A DNA stretch of 64,000 nucleotides from NCBI GenBank assembly GCA_000004985.1, contig GG738870.1, one strand, 5' to 3'. The stretch is from Naegleria gruberi (Eukaryota). A program made the translations under genes and the position numbers. Below the pieces are notes generated by a model. The model saw only the letters and a program-made list of their open reading frames with translations. It searched no databases and was not told the DNA's origin. Positions 20,862-32,337 of the stretch are shown one piece after another; position 1 is the first letter of the stretch; each line of letters begins with the position of its first letter.

Positions 20862-23800
20862 TTATGGCTGCTGATTTGTTATGTGAAACACAACCCATAT
20901 TATTGGCAGGAATGATAATAGAATGATGCTGAATAAGATTTTAAGGGTGAGATAGAGCTTGTCCCAGAATGAATCCTCCTTTTGTTCAACCCTTCCATCA
21001 TACTCTTTATCTGGTAGTAAGGAGCCGTACTGTTTTGTTGGTTCAACTATGAAAGTTCTGAATGAATAGGGAGCGAGATATACGCTAGATGAATCTGAAA
21101 TAATATTGGAGAGTTGTCTTGAACCAGACAAGTTTGTTTCATTCAATGAAGATCCTCTCAACAATCCATTACTGAACATTTTCTCTAAATTGACAGGATA
21201 TTCCTCATTCTTGATTTCACAATTGGTTAATCCTAAATGTTGAAGCTGAAGCAATAGATGAGGTTTGGAAGACTTGTACTTTCTCATTTCAAAATTTGAC
21301 AAGTGAATACATTTTGATTCTTGAGCTATTCCACTAAATTCCAAGTTTCCTTCTCCTAACTTATCAGCAACTATTGGCACAATCAAAGGTTTAAAATGAT
21401 TGGTGAGAGATTCTCTTGCATGTAGAATTCCTCTTCTCACATTTTCTTCATCCCAGGATCGATCTTGATCTATTCTCACTTTCACATTTACTACGACAGT
21501 CGAAGCATCTCTCAGATTTTCTGCAACACCTCTATTATCATCATGATTGGTTCTTCTGTGCAACATGATTTCAAATTCTCCATTGTGAAGACTTGCAGCT
21601 CCATGAGTTTCTGAAACAAAGAAGGTGACTCTTGTTTGTCGGTGTCTATCTCTGATGAAACAATTGTAAACTATTGGCAAGTAGGAACTTTGTGGACTCT
21701 TTCTAGATCTGAATTTACTAGTTTCCAATCCATTCTTATCACAATAGAACTCTCCATTAGAAGTGATGAAACTGGAAGCATTGAATCTTACAATAATTTC
21801 CTCATTCTCTGGAAGCTCTCCAACTTTGAAAAGGTATTCCAGATCAAAGCCTTGTGATGAAGCAATTTCTGGATTGTATAACCTAACAAATGTGGTTGCA
21901 TAATTATTAATTCGTTGCTCCACTTGTGTGAAAATTTGCATATTCGAATCTTGCATAGAGTGAACTCGGAGCTTTCTCGAAGATTCTTCTTGTTCCAATA
22001 ATTCAGGAGTTGGACTTTGAGGACGGAAAATATAGGCTCCACTGTTTTGTTCTTCAAAACTAGTTGTCTTAAATCCAAAATATCTCATCAAGTGATGTGA
22101 AAATTCATAGTTTTGAGAATTCTTTGTGTAGGAACACAATGTGGTGCCCTTTCCAGTCTCACAGAATGAAACAGAAGTTTTGGAATTGTTGGAAGTAAAA
22201 TTGTCAAAGGCTGAAATTGAATTCAAAGACACTGTACAACTTTCAACCGAAATGGTTGTATATCCAAGTGGAGGAATTATTGGAATTAAAACGTGAATAT
22301 CATAAGCTTCTTTCTTATTCAAGGATGGTACGTATTGAGTTGACAATCTGTTTCTATTCTTGTCAAAAAAGCAAAGTCTTTCAACTTGACTAGTGACAAC
22401 ACCTGATATCTCAATAACATAATTCGTTAATTTCCAAGCCAAGCTATTAAAAACAACCAAACTTCCCTTCATGTTTCCAATCACCTCTTCGACAGAACAT
22501 TTCACATTACTCAAATCATTAGTCTTCATTAAATACGAAAGTGAATGCGAAGCAACAATCATTGACTTGTTCACAGCATTCTCCAACAATCTCAAATACT
22601 CCACATTTACAAAACTCCTCGATGTTCCTGTAATTGCATCGTGATGAGTCAAATCAGCAATGGTCACAGAAAGTTCATCAAGGATTTTCAAATCCTCACC
22701 AATTGAATAATTTCTCAAAGGAGCACTCAATGCAAGAAGTGTTTTTACATTTCTGTACTGAGCTTCTCCTTTTCTAATTGACTGTTTCAAAATTGGATAG
22801 GAAGTGAAGAATCCAGTCCAGAAAGATTCATCATTATCTGAATAAGGCATGAACTCTCTATCAAATATTGGAGAGAATTTCAAATTCTTTGGATTTTTCA
22901 ATTGAGCATAATGATCTTTCCATTCCTTTGGTTTACTTTCTTTGAAAAATTCTCCCAAAGTTGAAAATTTAACCTTGTAAGGATATATTTGAGGATTTTC
23001 ATTGATATATTGCATCGCATTCTCTATCCTTCTAAACCTAATAGAAGCATCCATGAAAGTAAAATCACAACCAGCAGGAATTAGAATATCTTGACTTCCC
23101 ATTCTAATCTCCTCAACGAATTCCCCATTTTCTTTCCACTTTCTTGACTCACTGACATTTCTAAATCCAAGCGAATACTTTACAATCTGTTCATGTAGCA
23201 TCTGAGCTGAAATCTCTGGTGGTGCAATACTAAATTGACTAGAATCGTCAAAGAATAGAGATATGCAATATTGATAATCCAAAATTTGTGAATAGGAAAC
23301 TGTGCCATCAGTCTGTTTCCAGAAGAAGGCTAACTTCTTTTCATATCTCAATTTCTGTTGCAATGAATGTGGAGTTCTCATTACAATTTGGTCAATTAGT
23401 CCACTTTCCTTATAAAGTCTGGTCATGGTTGAAGTACTTCCAAAAGGATCGATACGAAAGGCATTCGTAGGAAGGAAATTAAACTCTCTTTCGTTTAAAT
23501 ATTCATTCACAAATTGATGACCTCTTGTCAATGTGTGAATAATAGACGAATAGGTATTCGAAGCTTCGTCTGACATTGTCATTCCTGCTAAACTTAATTC
23601 TATCTGTGAATTTTTCAATAATTTGATAAATTGTTGACGTTCTTTTTTGGAGGCATCATGTAGAAAGAAATATTCAATAAAACTCATTTCGACGAAAGTA
23701 AATTTTCTATTCGAATCTTGCGAAAGAGCTTTAAGAACCGCACGAATAATTGGCTTTACATCTTCTTGATAGTAATCTTGTTTAGTTTTCAACCAACCAA

Positions 23801-23996
23801 CATCCCAATGACTATGCGGAAGTAAATGAACAGTTTTGAAGAATAAATTGTCGGTGTTAATATTCTTAAATGTCCTCTGTGGTATGTTTAAATTATTACT
23901 ATTTAAATTTGATGGTGTAACTTGTTGATGTGAAGAAGAAAAATGTTGTACGAAGAAGAAAACAAACAAGAATAATATTGTTGATGGACCCTTCAT
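20862..23996 (-). CDS. Alpha-mannosidase, glycoside hydrolase family 38 (lysosomal/class II type), with signal peptide and a C-terminal hydrophobic segment
   Basis: GH38 signatures LLPHSHWDVGWLKT and THHDAITGTS. The track ORF begins at a GTG. The first ATG is at 23994..23996, giving the signal-peptide-like MKGPSTILFLFVFFFVQHFSSS. Confidence 0.85.
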   Translation of the reverse strand: MKGPSTILFLFVFFFVQHFSSSHQQVTPSNLNSNNLNIPQRTFKNINTDNLFFKTVHLLPHSHWDVGWLKTKQDYYQEDVKPIIRAVLKALSQDSNRKFTFVEMSFIEYFFLHDASKKERQQFIKLLKNSQIELSLAGMTMSDEASNTYSSIIHTLTRGHQFVNEYLNEREFNFLPTNAFRIDPFGSTSTMTRLYKESGLIDQIVMRTPHSLQQKLRYEKKLAFFWKQTDGTVSYSQILDYQYCISLFFDDSSQFSIAPPEISAQMLHEQIVKYSLGFRNVSESRKWKENGEFVEEIRMGSQDILIPAGCDFTFMDASIRFRRIENAMQYINENPQIYPYKVKFSTLGEFFKESKPKEWKDHYAQLKNPKNLKFSPIFDREFMPYSDNDESFWTGFFTSYPILKQSIRKGEAQYRNVKTLLALSAPLRNYSIGEDLKILDELSVTIADLTHHDAITGTSRSFVNVEYLRLLENAVNKSMIVASHSLSYLMKTNDLSNVKCSVEEVIGNMKGSLVVFNSLAWKLTNYVIEISGVVTSQVERLCFFDKNRNRLSTQYVPSLNKKEAYDIHVLIPIIPPLGYTTISVESCTVSLNSISAFDNFTSNNSKTSVSFCETGKGTTLCSYTKNSQNYEFSHHLMRYFGFKTTSFEEQNSGAYIFRPQSPTPELLEQEESSRKLRVHSMQDSNMQIFTQVEQRINNYATTFVRLYNPEIASSQGFDLEYLFKVGELPENEEIIVRFNASSFITSNGEFYCDKNGLETSKFRSRKSPQSSYLPIVYNCFIRDRHRQTRVTFFVSETHGAASLHNGEFEIMLHRRTNHDDNRGVAENLRDASTVVVNVKVRIDQDRSWDEENVRRGILHARESLTNHFKPLIVPIVADKLGEGNLEFSGIAQESKCIHLSNFEMRKYKSSKPHLLLQLQHLGLTNCEIKNEEYPVNLEKMFSNGLLRGSSLNETNLSGSRQLSNIISDSSSVYLAPYSFRTFIVEPTKQYGSLLPDKEYDGRVEQKEDSFWDKLYLTLKILFSIILLSFLPIIWVVFHITNQQP

Positions 23997-24187
23997 TGTC
24001 AATGAGATTGGCAGATCACTGACAGCTGGCGTTTTTTTTGAATTTCGTTTTTGATGATTTGAGACATAAGATAAGCATAACACCTCTTAACTAGAAAGAT
24101 GGAAATAGATTACAAAAAAACTTCTTTGTTTTTTTACTTGGCGCCAAAAATGTAATTTAAAATTAAATTAATTTTAAATTAAAAAAA

Positions 24188-25399
24188 ATGCTCAAACTCT
24201 TCCCTCATCATCAGCCACCAACAAATACTCCTCCGAAAAAGCATTATCACTCGGCTTCGTCATTTTACTTGTTATTGCTGGGAACGGTGCGAATTTCTTC
24301 ATCAACAAATATTTATAAACATGATCCGAATATTGGAAGGAGTTTGAACAAATTAAAGCCTTTTTTGTTTGAATCAGAGGTGATTAGGATGGAAATTGAG
24401 AGGATTGGTATTCGGAAGATTGTTGGTGGAAGACAACATTTGTTTTTCTTGTTGAATAATGGAACAGCTTATGGAAATGGTTCAAATGAATATTCACAAT
24501 TAATGAATGGAAAGGTTGGTTGTGAGCAGCAATTGGAAAAAGTTATATTGGAGAATATTTGTGATATTTATTGTGGAGATGCCTTTACATATTGTTTAGT
24601 GAAGGAAAGTGGACAATTTGCCATGTATTCTTCAGGATGTAATAGAAATAATGCTTGTGCACAAGGTTCGAAAATGAATATTGTTCAGAATTTATTCTGT
24701 AATTTGAATAGAGTATTTTATTTTGATTCAGATTCAAACATGGAGCTATCGTTTCCACCACAAAACGAAACAGTTTTGGATGTGAAATGTACCAGCACTA
24801 AAGTAGCAATTCTAACAGTGGATAATTTGAATACTAAATATCTCTATTTTACTGGGATGATAGAAGGTATATCTAATCATAACAACTACTTACACAGAAT
24901 GCTTTTAGCACAATTTCAATTCACTGAATTTACTAATCTTTTCTTTAGAAGGTCACAATTATTCTTTACAACTAGAGATGGGAAAGCTTTTGATATTGGG
25001 TTAAATCAAAGCAAATACAAGATGGTTAGTTATTTATTTGGATTACAAGAGAGTGGACAACTGGTTGCTTTAGATGATCATGCAACGATACCTCTTTTAA
25101 ATGGAGTTTGCTTTGATTCGATAGCGTTGAGAAGAAGAATGATGGCCCTCTCTACCACTGGCGATATTTATGTGGAAAAGGATAGTTCGTTGACTATTGT
25201 CAAGATTGAGTTGGAAAATTATCTCTCTTACATTGACAGAAAGAAATATCTTTCGAATAGAGCAAACTTTAATATTCAGATAGCCTCAACTGATGATATT
25301 GGACTCATACTTGTAACAAGAAACGAAGACCCAACCAAATTTAGGAATTTATTAGCTAAATTTCCAAGTGATTTATCATTTATTTTTCAGGAAGAATAA
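24188..25399 (+). CDS. Protein with degenerate RCC1-like (beta-propeller) repeats, 403 aa
   Basis: ATG at 24188. Motifs such as IVGGRQHLFFLLNNGTAYGNGSNEYSQL and CGDAFTYCLVKESGQFAMYSSGCN resemble RCC1 blades. Weak call. Confidence 0.35.
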   Translation: MLKLFPHHQPPTNTPPKKHYHSASSFYLLLLGTVRISSSTNIYKHDPNIGRSLNKLKPFLFESEVIRMEIERIGIRKIVGGRQHLFFLLNNGTAYGNGSNEYSQLMNGKVGCEQQLEKVILENICDIYCGDAFTYCLVKESGQFAMYSSGCNRNNACAQGSKMNIVQNLFCNLNRVFYFDSDSNMELSFPPQNETVLDVKCTSTKVAILTVDNLNTKYLYFTGMIEGISNHNNYLHRMLLAQFQFTEFTNLFFRRSQLFFTTRDGKAFDIGLNQSKYKMVSYLFGLQESGQLVALDDHATIPLLNGVCFDSIALRRRMMALSTTGDIYVEKDSSLTIVKIELENYLSYIDRKKYLSNRANFNIQIASTDDIGLILVTRNEDPTKFRNLLAKFPSDLSFIFQEE

Positions 25400-25405
25400 G
25401 TTTAT

Positions 25406-27391
25406 TCAAAGGTCCAAAAAAAATGGACTGGCATTTACCTCTGGTTCGAAAAGTCTGTGGAACTTTAGACCTTGTGCAATACTCATAACATCTTGATAAT
25501 ATTGAATGCAATGGAGCATGTGGAAGTGATATAATAGATCCACTTGTTGTGTAGGTCTTTCGTCTTGCCAATCCCTTAAAAATTCAACATATTTCGTTAC
25601 AGAGCTGTTGGAAAAGGAAGCAGTAGAAAGTTCAATAATATGTTCCCTTATGAAGGATTGAACATTCATGATTGTCTTTTCCCATGAAATGTTTTCAAAT
25701 GGATTTGACCTGAATATGCTATTTGGATCTGATTGATGACTGGAAGGAATAATAATATTCGCACTTATTAATAAGGCAAAGAAGTCAGTTGACAAGTCGT
25801 TAGGGAATTTGCATATTCTATGATTAGACTGAGGGTTAATTCTATTTTTCAATAATTTGGTAAAATCAAGGTGAGGAATATTTTCAATGGACGAAAACGT
25901 ATTGTAATAGTTATCCAACAAAACAAAATGTAGCCCCAACATAACATCGTCCGAAACTATATCGAAAGAATGATTTAAGGATTGTTCAATAAAGTATTTT
26001 GCTTTCTCTGCCATTTTTTCAATTACATATTGCAATTCTCTCATTGAGCGTGGATCCAAACTATGAAGGAGATTAATGTTTTTCAACTTAGTAGCTAATA
26101 CACTCAAATATTCCAAATATATTGGAATTCCTTTTTCGAAATTAACAGAAAACTCGCTTCTATTACAACTAATCAGTGGAGCAGAAACAATAGAACGAAT
26201 TACAGATTCAGGGGAAGAGAGGTTTTCAATCTTGTTGGTAACAGTTGCATACATAGAAGCAGATCCAATTGCAATAATTTTCTTTCTTTTTTGATTGATC
26301 AATTGTAGTATAGCTTCATTGGTTACCAGTATTTTTGGATCCAAAATCAAGTATAGCATTTGATACCCAATAAATCGAAAATCGCCACTAGTTTTTTGGG
26401 ATAACTCAAAAACTTGAGATATCTCTTGTTTGAAATTTTCTAAAAAAATCATTCCACTCAACAAGTAAAACTCTAGCCAAGAGTTGCAATGATGGAATTC
26501 CTTGAATTGTAAAATATCTTGATATTCTACTTTCAAATTATGCAATTTACAAAAATTAAAAATTCTTCCTCCATAAATTTGATCTCCTGTTTCTTGATCA
26601 TAAATGAGCAGTTCATGGAAAAGAGGACAAACTGATGCTACAGTGTTGACCAAGGTCAAAGTGTCAATAAACTCAAATATGGTTGCAATTACGTCCTTAT
26701 TCTCCAATAATTTACAACCTCTTTGTGTGGAAGGACTTTGAAGAGTATCCTTTGGTAATTTCGAACAGGGTACAGTGAAATTGTTAATTAATGAGCTAAT
26801 CAAAAGCTGGTGAAAGTATGCATCTCTTTCAGCCTTAGGAATATCATTTTCATACTCTGGAGAATCAAATGGAGTGGAGAGACCATTAAGACCACCAACT
26901 CCATTAATGATGGAATTCAAGTTAATGGTCATTTTTCCAAATTTACCATATAACACTGAACTTCTTTCAGTCTCATTCTTTGCATTATCGAGCAATAGTT
27001 GATCATTTCTACTCAGTCCATTATTGACCGTAATTGCTTGCTGACACTGATCTACGTTAGTAACAGCTCCTCTAGAATTATCAAAATATCTCGGATGGAA
27101 ATTATCATCAAGACGAGGAATAAAACTCATCTGAAGTGGATTTGCTCCTAAGCTATTTAACAAGAATACTCTTCTCAATAATTCTTGATTATCTGCAATA
27201 CTCTTATAAACTCCCAATCTCTCTTTCATTTGCATGGCTTGCACAATTTCCTCACTGCCAGCCATCACAGAGGTATTTTCATGATGCAATCCGAGAATCA
27301 AAGCAAGACCATTCTGAACATCCATTTCCAAGATCTTACTCGATGGGTAATATTTGTAAGTAGAGAAATCAACATCACATCTGCACGGCAT
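25406..27391 (-). CDS. F-box-like protein of unknown function (661 aa). Paralog of the 27737..29366 gene.
   Basis: ATG at 27389..27391. Internal F-box-like motif ATIFEFIDTLTLVNTVASVCPLFHELL. Shares DVMLGLHFVLLDNYYNTF / FIREHIIELS / YHFHMLHCIQYYQDV blocks with its neighbour. Confidence 0.6.
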   Translation of the reverse strand: MPCRCDVDFSTYKYYPSSKILEMDVQNGLALILGLHHENTSVMAGSEEIVQAMQMKERLGVYKSIADNQELLRRVFLLNSLGANPLQMSFIPRLDDNFHPRYFDNSRGAVTNVDQCQQAITVNNGLSRNDQLLLDNAKNETERSSVLYGKFGKMTINLNSIINGVGGLNGLSTPFDSPEYENDIPKAERDAYFHQLLISSLINNFTVPCSKLPKDTLQSPSTQRGCKLLENKDVIATIFEFIDTLTLVNTVASVCPLFHELLIYDQETGDQIYGGRIFNFCKLHNLKVEYQDILQFKEFHHCNSWLEFYLLSGMIFLENFKQEISQVFELSQKTSGDFRFIGYQMLYLILDPKILVTNEAILQLINQKRKKIIAIGSASMYATVTNKIENLSSPESVIRSIVSAPLISCNRSEFSVNFEKGIPIYLEYLSVLATKLKNINLLHSLDPRSMRELQYVIEKMAEKAKYFIEQSLNHSFDIVSDDVMLGLHFVLLDNYYNTFSSIENIPHLDFTKLLKNRINPQSNHRICKFPNDLSTDFFALLISANIIIPSSHQSDPNSIFRSNPFENISWEKTIMNVQSFIREHIIELSTASFSNSSVTKYVEFLRDWQDERPTQQVDLLYHFHMLHCIQYYQDVMSIAQGLKFHRLFEPEVNASPFFLDL

Positions 27392-27736
27392 TTTTTTGTT
27401 ATGTTATTTGGATGTAGTTCATCAAAATACATCAATTCCAATCACTCCGATTTTGTTTTTCATCATTATTATAATAGTGTTTATCAATATTAGTAATTTA
27501 ATTTTTTTGAAAAGTTAAATTCATCATCACTGCTGGAAAACTTTCAATGTTCGGAATGGTCAATAGTAGGAGAACTTTCTCTAATCAATTTTCCAACTTA
27601 TAGAGCTAGGAAAAGGTTCATGTATCTCAACATGACTTTGATTATATTATTATTTAAATAAATATTAAACATCATCAAATGTTTAATTTACCAAGTATTC
27701 CTGTATTTATATTATCTAATATTTGAAAATCAAAAA

Positions 27737-29366
27737 ATGCCATGCACATCAGCAGGTTACGACTTGGACTTTGTCCATCAACAACACAAACACGAGCAAC
27801 AGAAAAACCAAGTTAAATATAATGAAGGTGTTCTATTGAAAAAGATACTTTCCGATAATTTCTTTGCCTTGAATGGAGATACCAATGATGAAACAAATGT
27901 AAAGAAGGAATTGACCAAGTTTGTAATTGGAATGTCTTTTCCGATACATCAGTATACACTGATACCTTTGGAGATGTATTTTGTTTGTAGGAGATTTGTG
28001 AAATTTCCTGTAAAGAGTGTAAAAATTGATTATTTGTATTATGATTTGGAAACAATTCGGAAAGAGGTTGAGATTAATGTTGGACAAAAGTTGGTGGTGG
28101 TGTCTGATTCGTGTGTTGATAAATCGTCATTATCAAATGGGACGAAATAAGGAATTTTACACAAATCATGTAATGATTAGTGTATTTGAATTTTTGGATA
28201 CGAAAACAATTGTTGAATCGTGTTTGAGAACTTGTAAAGATTGGATTAATTTGATATTATTTGATGAGGATTTTGTGTCACGTGTCGTGATTAAAAGAAT
28301 TAGAAAATCCATTGGTTATTCTAACCTTTCAATTGACAATTTGAAAGCAATTTATAGAAATATGACTTGGATTGAGATTTACATTTCGAGTGGCATTTAT
28401 CATTTGGAAATTTGTGAGGAGCATATTAGAAAAATTATTTTTAATGATTCTAACAAATTATTTTCTTTATTGAAATTGAATCCATTACAATTTTTCAATC
28501 TTTCAGAAAATCATATTCTCTACAAGAGATTATCAAATATTTCAAAGAATATAGTGATTACTAACACATATATAATTAAGGATGTTGCAGAGATTACTGG
28601 AATTGTAAAAATGGCAAGTGATAATGATATTTTGGAGATTATTGCCATTCCTATTGATTTTCCAAATAGACCATTAGGATTTTCAATTAATTTCCGAACA
28701 GAATTGAAAAATTACTTGCTATTACTCAAAGAAATTACTGCCGAGCTCTCTCCATTGGTAACTAATGATAATCAGGCCAACACTATTGCTTTCTATTTGG
28801 ATAACATGAGAACCAAGGCAGATCGATTCATCACTAGAAAGCATCCACTTTACGATTATTCACTTGGAAAGGATGTATTAATTGGACTTCATCTCCTACT
28901 ATTGGATTCATTCTACACAAACACCATCACTACTCCAACACCAAATGTTACAATTTCAAGATTATTAGAAACTAGAAATAGTTCCATTGAAATGCCTTCC
29001 AAATTTTATCCAAAAAATTACAGAGCCGATTTTTATAATAATTTAATTGACTCACTTACTGTGGGAAAGAAAATGAAGTGGAATTCATCGTCAACTTTCA
29101 AAAAAGCTTTCAATGGAATTGAATTTCTGAGAGAACATATTTTTGAGCTTTCTCAAGTTGGAGAGAAATTATTGCAAGATGAACGAATTTTATTGGAAAC
29201 CATTCACAAATATCATGAATTTCTCAAAATCAAGGAAGTTTCCTCCCCAAGTAAGGAAATTGACTTTATTTACCACAATCATTTACTTAATCCTCACAAC
29301 TTTATTCAAGATTGTAAACGAATTTCAGGTTTCATCAAAGTTCACAATTTCAACTTTCAACCTTAA
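27737..29366 (+). CDS. Second F-box-like paralog, divergently oriented to the first. The reading frame switches between the 27737..28150 and 28026..29366 track ORFs.
   Basis: Both paralogs start MPC... (ATG at 27737). F-box ISVFEFLDTKTIVESCLRTCKDWINLI sits in the second frame. The first frame is open only to 28150. Joining the two needs a short intron (for example 28126..28180 or 28115..28151, both of length 3n+1) or a 1-bp indel. Confidence 0.5.
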
Positions 29367-29465
29367 CATTATTTCTCAATAAATATATATTGAAGAAATA
29401 ATAAATTGTAATTTTATTATAGTCTCTTTTATCATAACGACCTTAGAGACTAGCTGTTCAACCAT

Positions 29466-32337
29466 CTAGTTCTGTTCAGTGTTTGGACGAGTTTGGTTCG
29501 GGCTAAGTGGTTGGGACAGCTGTTGCCTTTGGTAAGCAGAAGTGTATTTTTTGTTTTTGATGAAGGAGTCGGTGGGACGATTGTACCATGATGAATTTTT
29601 GTAGCAGTTACTAACATATACTGCGAGAGCTTTGTAGATATCTAGGGCCACAGCCTTGGGGAGTCGTTTGTGATTGGCCCAAATGGACCAATTATGCTTT
29701 GTGCATCGACCGTCATATTCAATGTTAAGGCAATTTGGAATGGAAGATTCAGGTGGGAAACGGATCTTGCTTAGGTTGTATTTATGAGAGATATCGTCCC
29801 AAGTGGCATATAGTTCTTGCTTTTCAGGTAAGCATTTTGGACAGGATTGGAAGACATGGGTCCAGGTTTCTTCCTTGTGACATATGTCACATTCACTATT
29901 AATGCCTAGATATATGGCATGGTGTAGGTTGTAAAATAGTAGACGTTGTTGGTAGTACGAGAGTTGGTGGTTTCTCCAAAGAGACAACACACAGTGGTGC
30001 CAGTTGAACTCGTTGTCAAGTTGGCCCATTATTGTTATTTCTTTTTTTTTACGTTCATTGTTTAGAACGAGTTGTCTGATGTTTTGGACAGGTTTGTGAC
30101 TATTGCGGTGGCACAACACCCATCCACTTTCGGTGGATTTGAAGTATAAATTCAATTCTTTCATAGTAATACTAGTTTGTTTCCATAAAGAATCTGTTGC
30201 ATCATTGTTGGGTTGTTTCATCATGTTTCTAGCTATATTTCTGGTTAAGGGAGATGTAGAATTAACAAATCTGCATACAGCTGCCATTCTCTCAACGCTA
30301 GAGATGTCTACAGGAGACATCAGCCCCATTCCTCCTTGCTGTACATCACCATAGATGATAGCCTTGGATAGTTTGAGGTTGCATCCTATTTTGGATTTAA
30401 TTGTTACACTAATTTTAGTTTCTAAACTCTGTAAAGTGGATTGAGAGACAGCATCTACACTGGAGAGGTATCTGGGTACGGAAAGTACCTTTGATAACAA
30501 TACAGTTCTAACTGTATTGAGTCTGAGATGTCTGGGTCTGAAATTATTAAGTCGGGAGTTAATCTTATCTATCAATTTATCTTGAGAGGGCGACCATTTC
30601 AGGTTATTAAGAAGTCTGGAACCAAGATATTCGAGGGTATCTTTAGGGTTGTTGATATTGACGTTATTAAGGAATACTTTGGCGGTAGACTTTTTACCAG
30701 ATGCAGTGACACCAAATACTTTGCATTTATGAGTAGCAAAGTGCATGCCTAATTGGTTGGCAGTTGAGTTGAGTTTGTGGAGGATGTTTGTCATTTCGTT
30801 GGATGATTCTGAAAGGACAATGATGTCATCTGCATACAACAACATTACAATTTTGTCTCCTAATAGAGAGACTCCTTTAAAGCCATCAACGATACTCGTG
30901 ATGGCATTGAAATAAATATTGAACACAAGTGGACTCAATGGGTCTCCTTGTGGGACTCCAAAAGTAGCATCAAACGCCGGTGATGTGGAACCATTAGCAA
31001 ACACTTTCACAGAATGTTCACTAATCATATTCATGATTAAATCGCATACTGATTGATTGAAACCTTGATATTTCAAGATTTCTTTCAGTTTGCTATGGAC
31101 AACGCTGCCATATGCATTTTTAATATCAAGGGTGCACATAAATAAAGGTTTCTTTTTGTGCCTGTAGTTGGCAACGACTGATTTCACTATCACGAGCTGG
31201 TCTGTCGTGGATGCTAGTCTTCTGAAGCCTCTTTGGGCTGGATGAATTAAATTATCCTTTTCCACCCTTTCCATGAGGTGGTAATTGACGTACGAAGAAA
31301 AAATTCTGTAAATAATTGGTAGAACTACTATAGGTCTAAAATCTGATAGACGTTTAGGGCAATTGGTTTTAGGTAAGGGAAGTAATAACCCCTCTTTCCA
31401 AGAGGACGGAATGGGATTTCCATCCACAAGGATCTTGTTGAAAGCTTGGCAGACTATGTCTAATGCCTCATCATTCATGCTCTTAAATACCAACATTGGG
31501 ATTTTGTCCCATCCGGGCATTGTATGTTTCATCTTTCCAATAATATTGGAGAGAGAACTTACACAGGCAGGTGGGATTTTGAACCCATTAAGGGAATCTA
31601 TGGATTGATAGTTTTGTAGGTTTAGTTTGGTAGATCCTAGATCAGTATTGAACATTTTGTTGAAATGTTCAAACACATTATCTGGGACGGATTCAACATC
31701 AAACACTGAACTTGAGTTCCTTTCTTTTTTAAATGCATATCTATAGGGAGTGTTGAGTTTGAGGTTGTTAACTGCAATTTTGAATGCTTCTTTTCTTTGT
31801 TNNNNNNNNNNNNNNNNNNNNNNNNNNNNNNNNNNNNNNNNNNNNNNNNNNCCCAAAATACAAATTAATATTGAGATCTCCAAGTATGAAAATGTGCTCC
31901 GAGTGAAACATGCATTCTGTAACTAGATCTGTAACTTTTGAAAGGATCTTGTGAAATTCACTTGAGACTCGGTGGACACCATACCAGTTGATTATATTGA
32001 TGATACCATCACTTGTTTCCAATTTTAGGCATGTCAATCTGCCTTGATAGAGTTCTTCAAATGATAGTACCTTTCTTTGAAGAGTACCTTTGATAATCGT
32101 AATGACACCGGCTGCTTTATCATCCTTATTACAGTGTGATCCAAATATGGAGCACGGTTGAAAGAATTTGGCAGCTTTTGAAACTTGATCCTTGAATTCA
32201 TTGTGTGACCAATGAGTTTCTTGGACATTCACTACATTAAGTCCTTCTCTATTAATGTGTTGGAGTAGAATGGCTTGTTTGTCTAGAGAGAAGGACGACA
32301 GATTACAAGAGGCCATTCTAATGCGAGGGGAGACCAT
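29466..32337 (-). CDS. LINE ORF2 protein (APE endonuclease, RT, zinc knuckle; about 960 aa, split in the track by the 31802..31851 gap)
   Basis: See the mobile_element entry. The frames of the two track ORFs differ only because of the arbitrary gap length. Confidence 0.8.
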
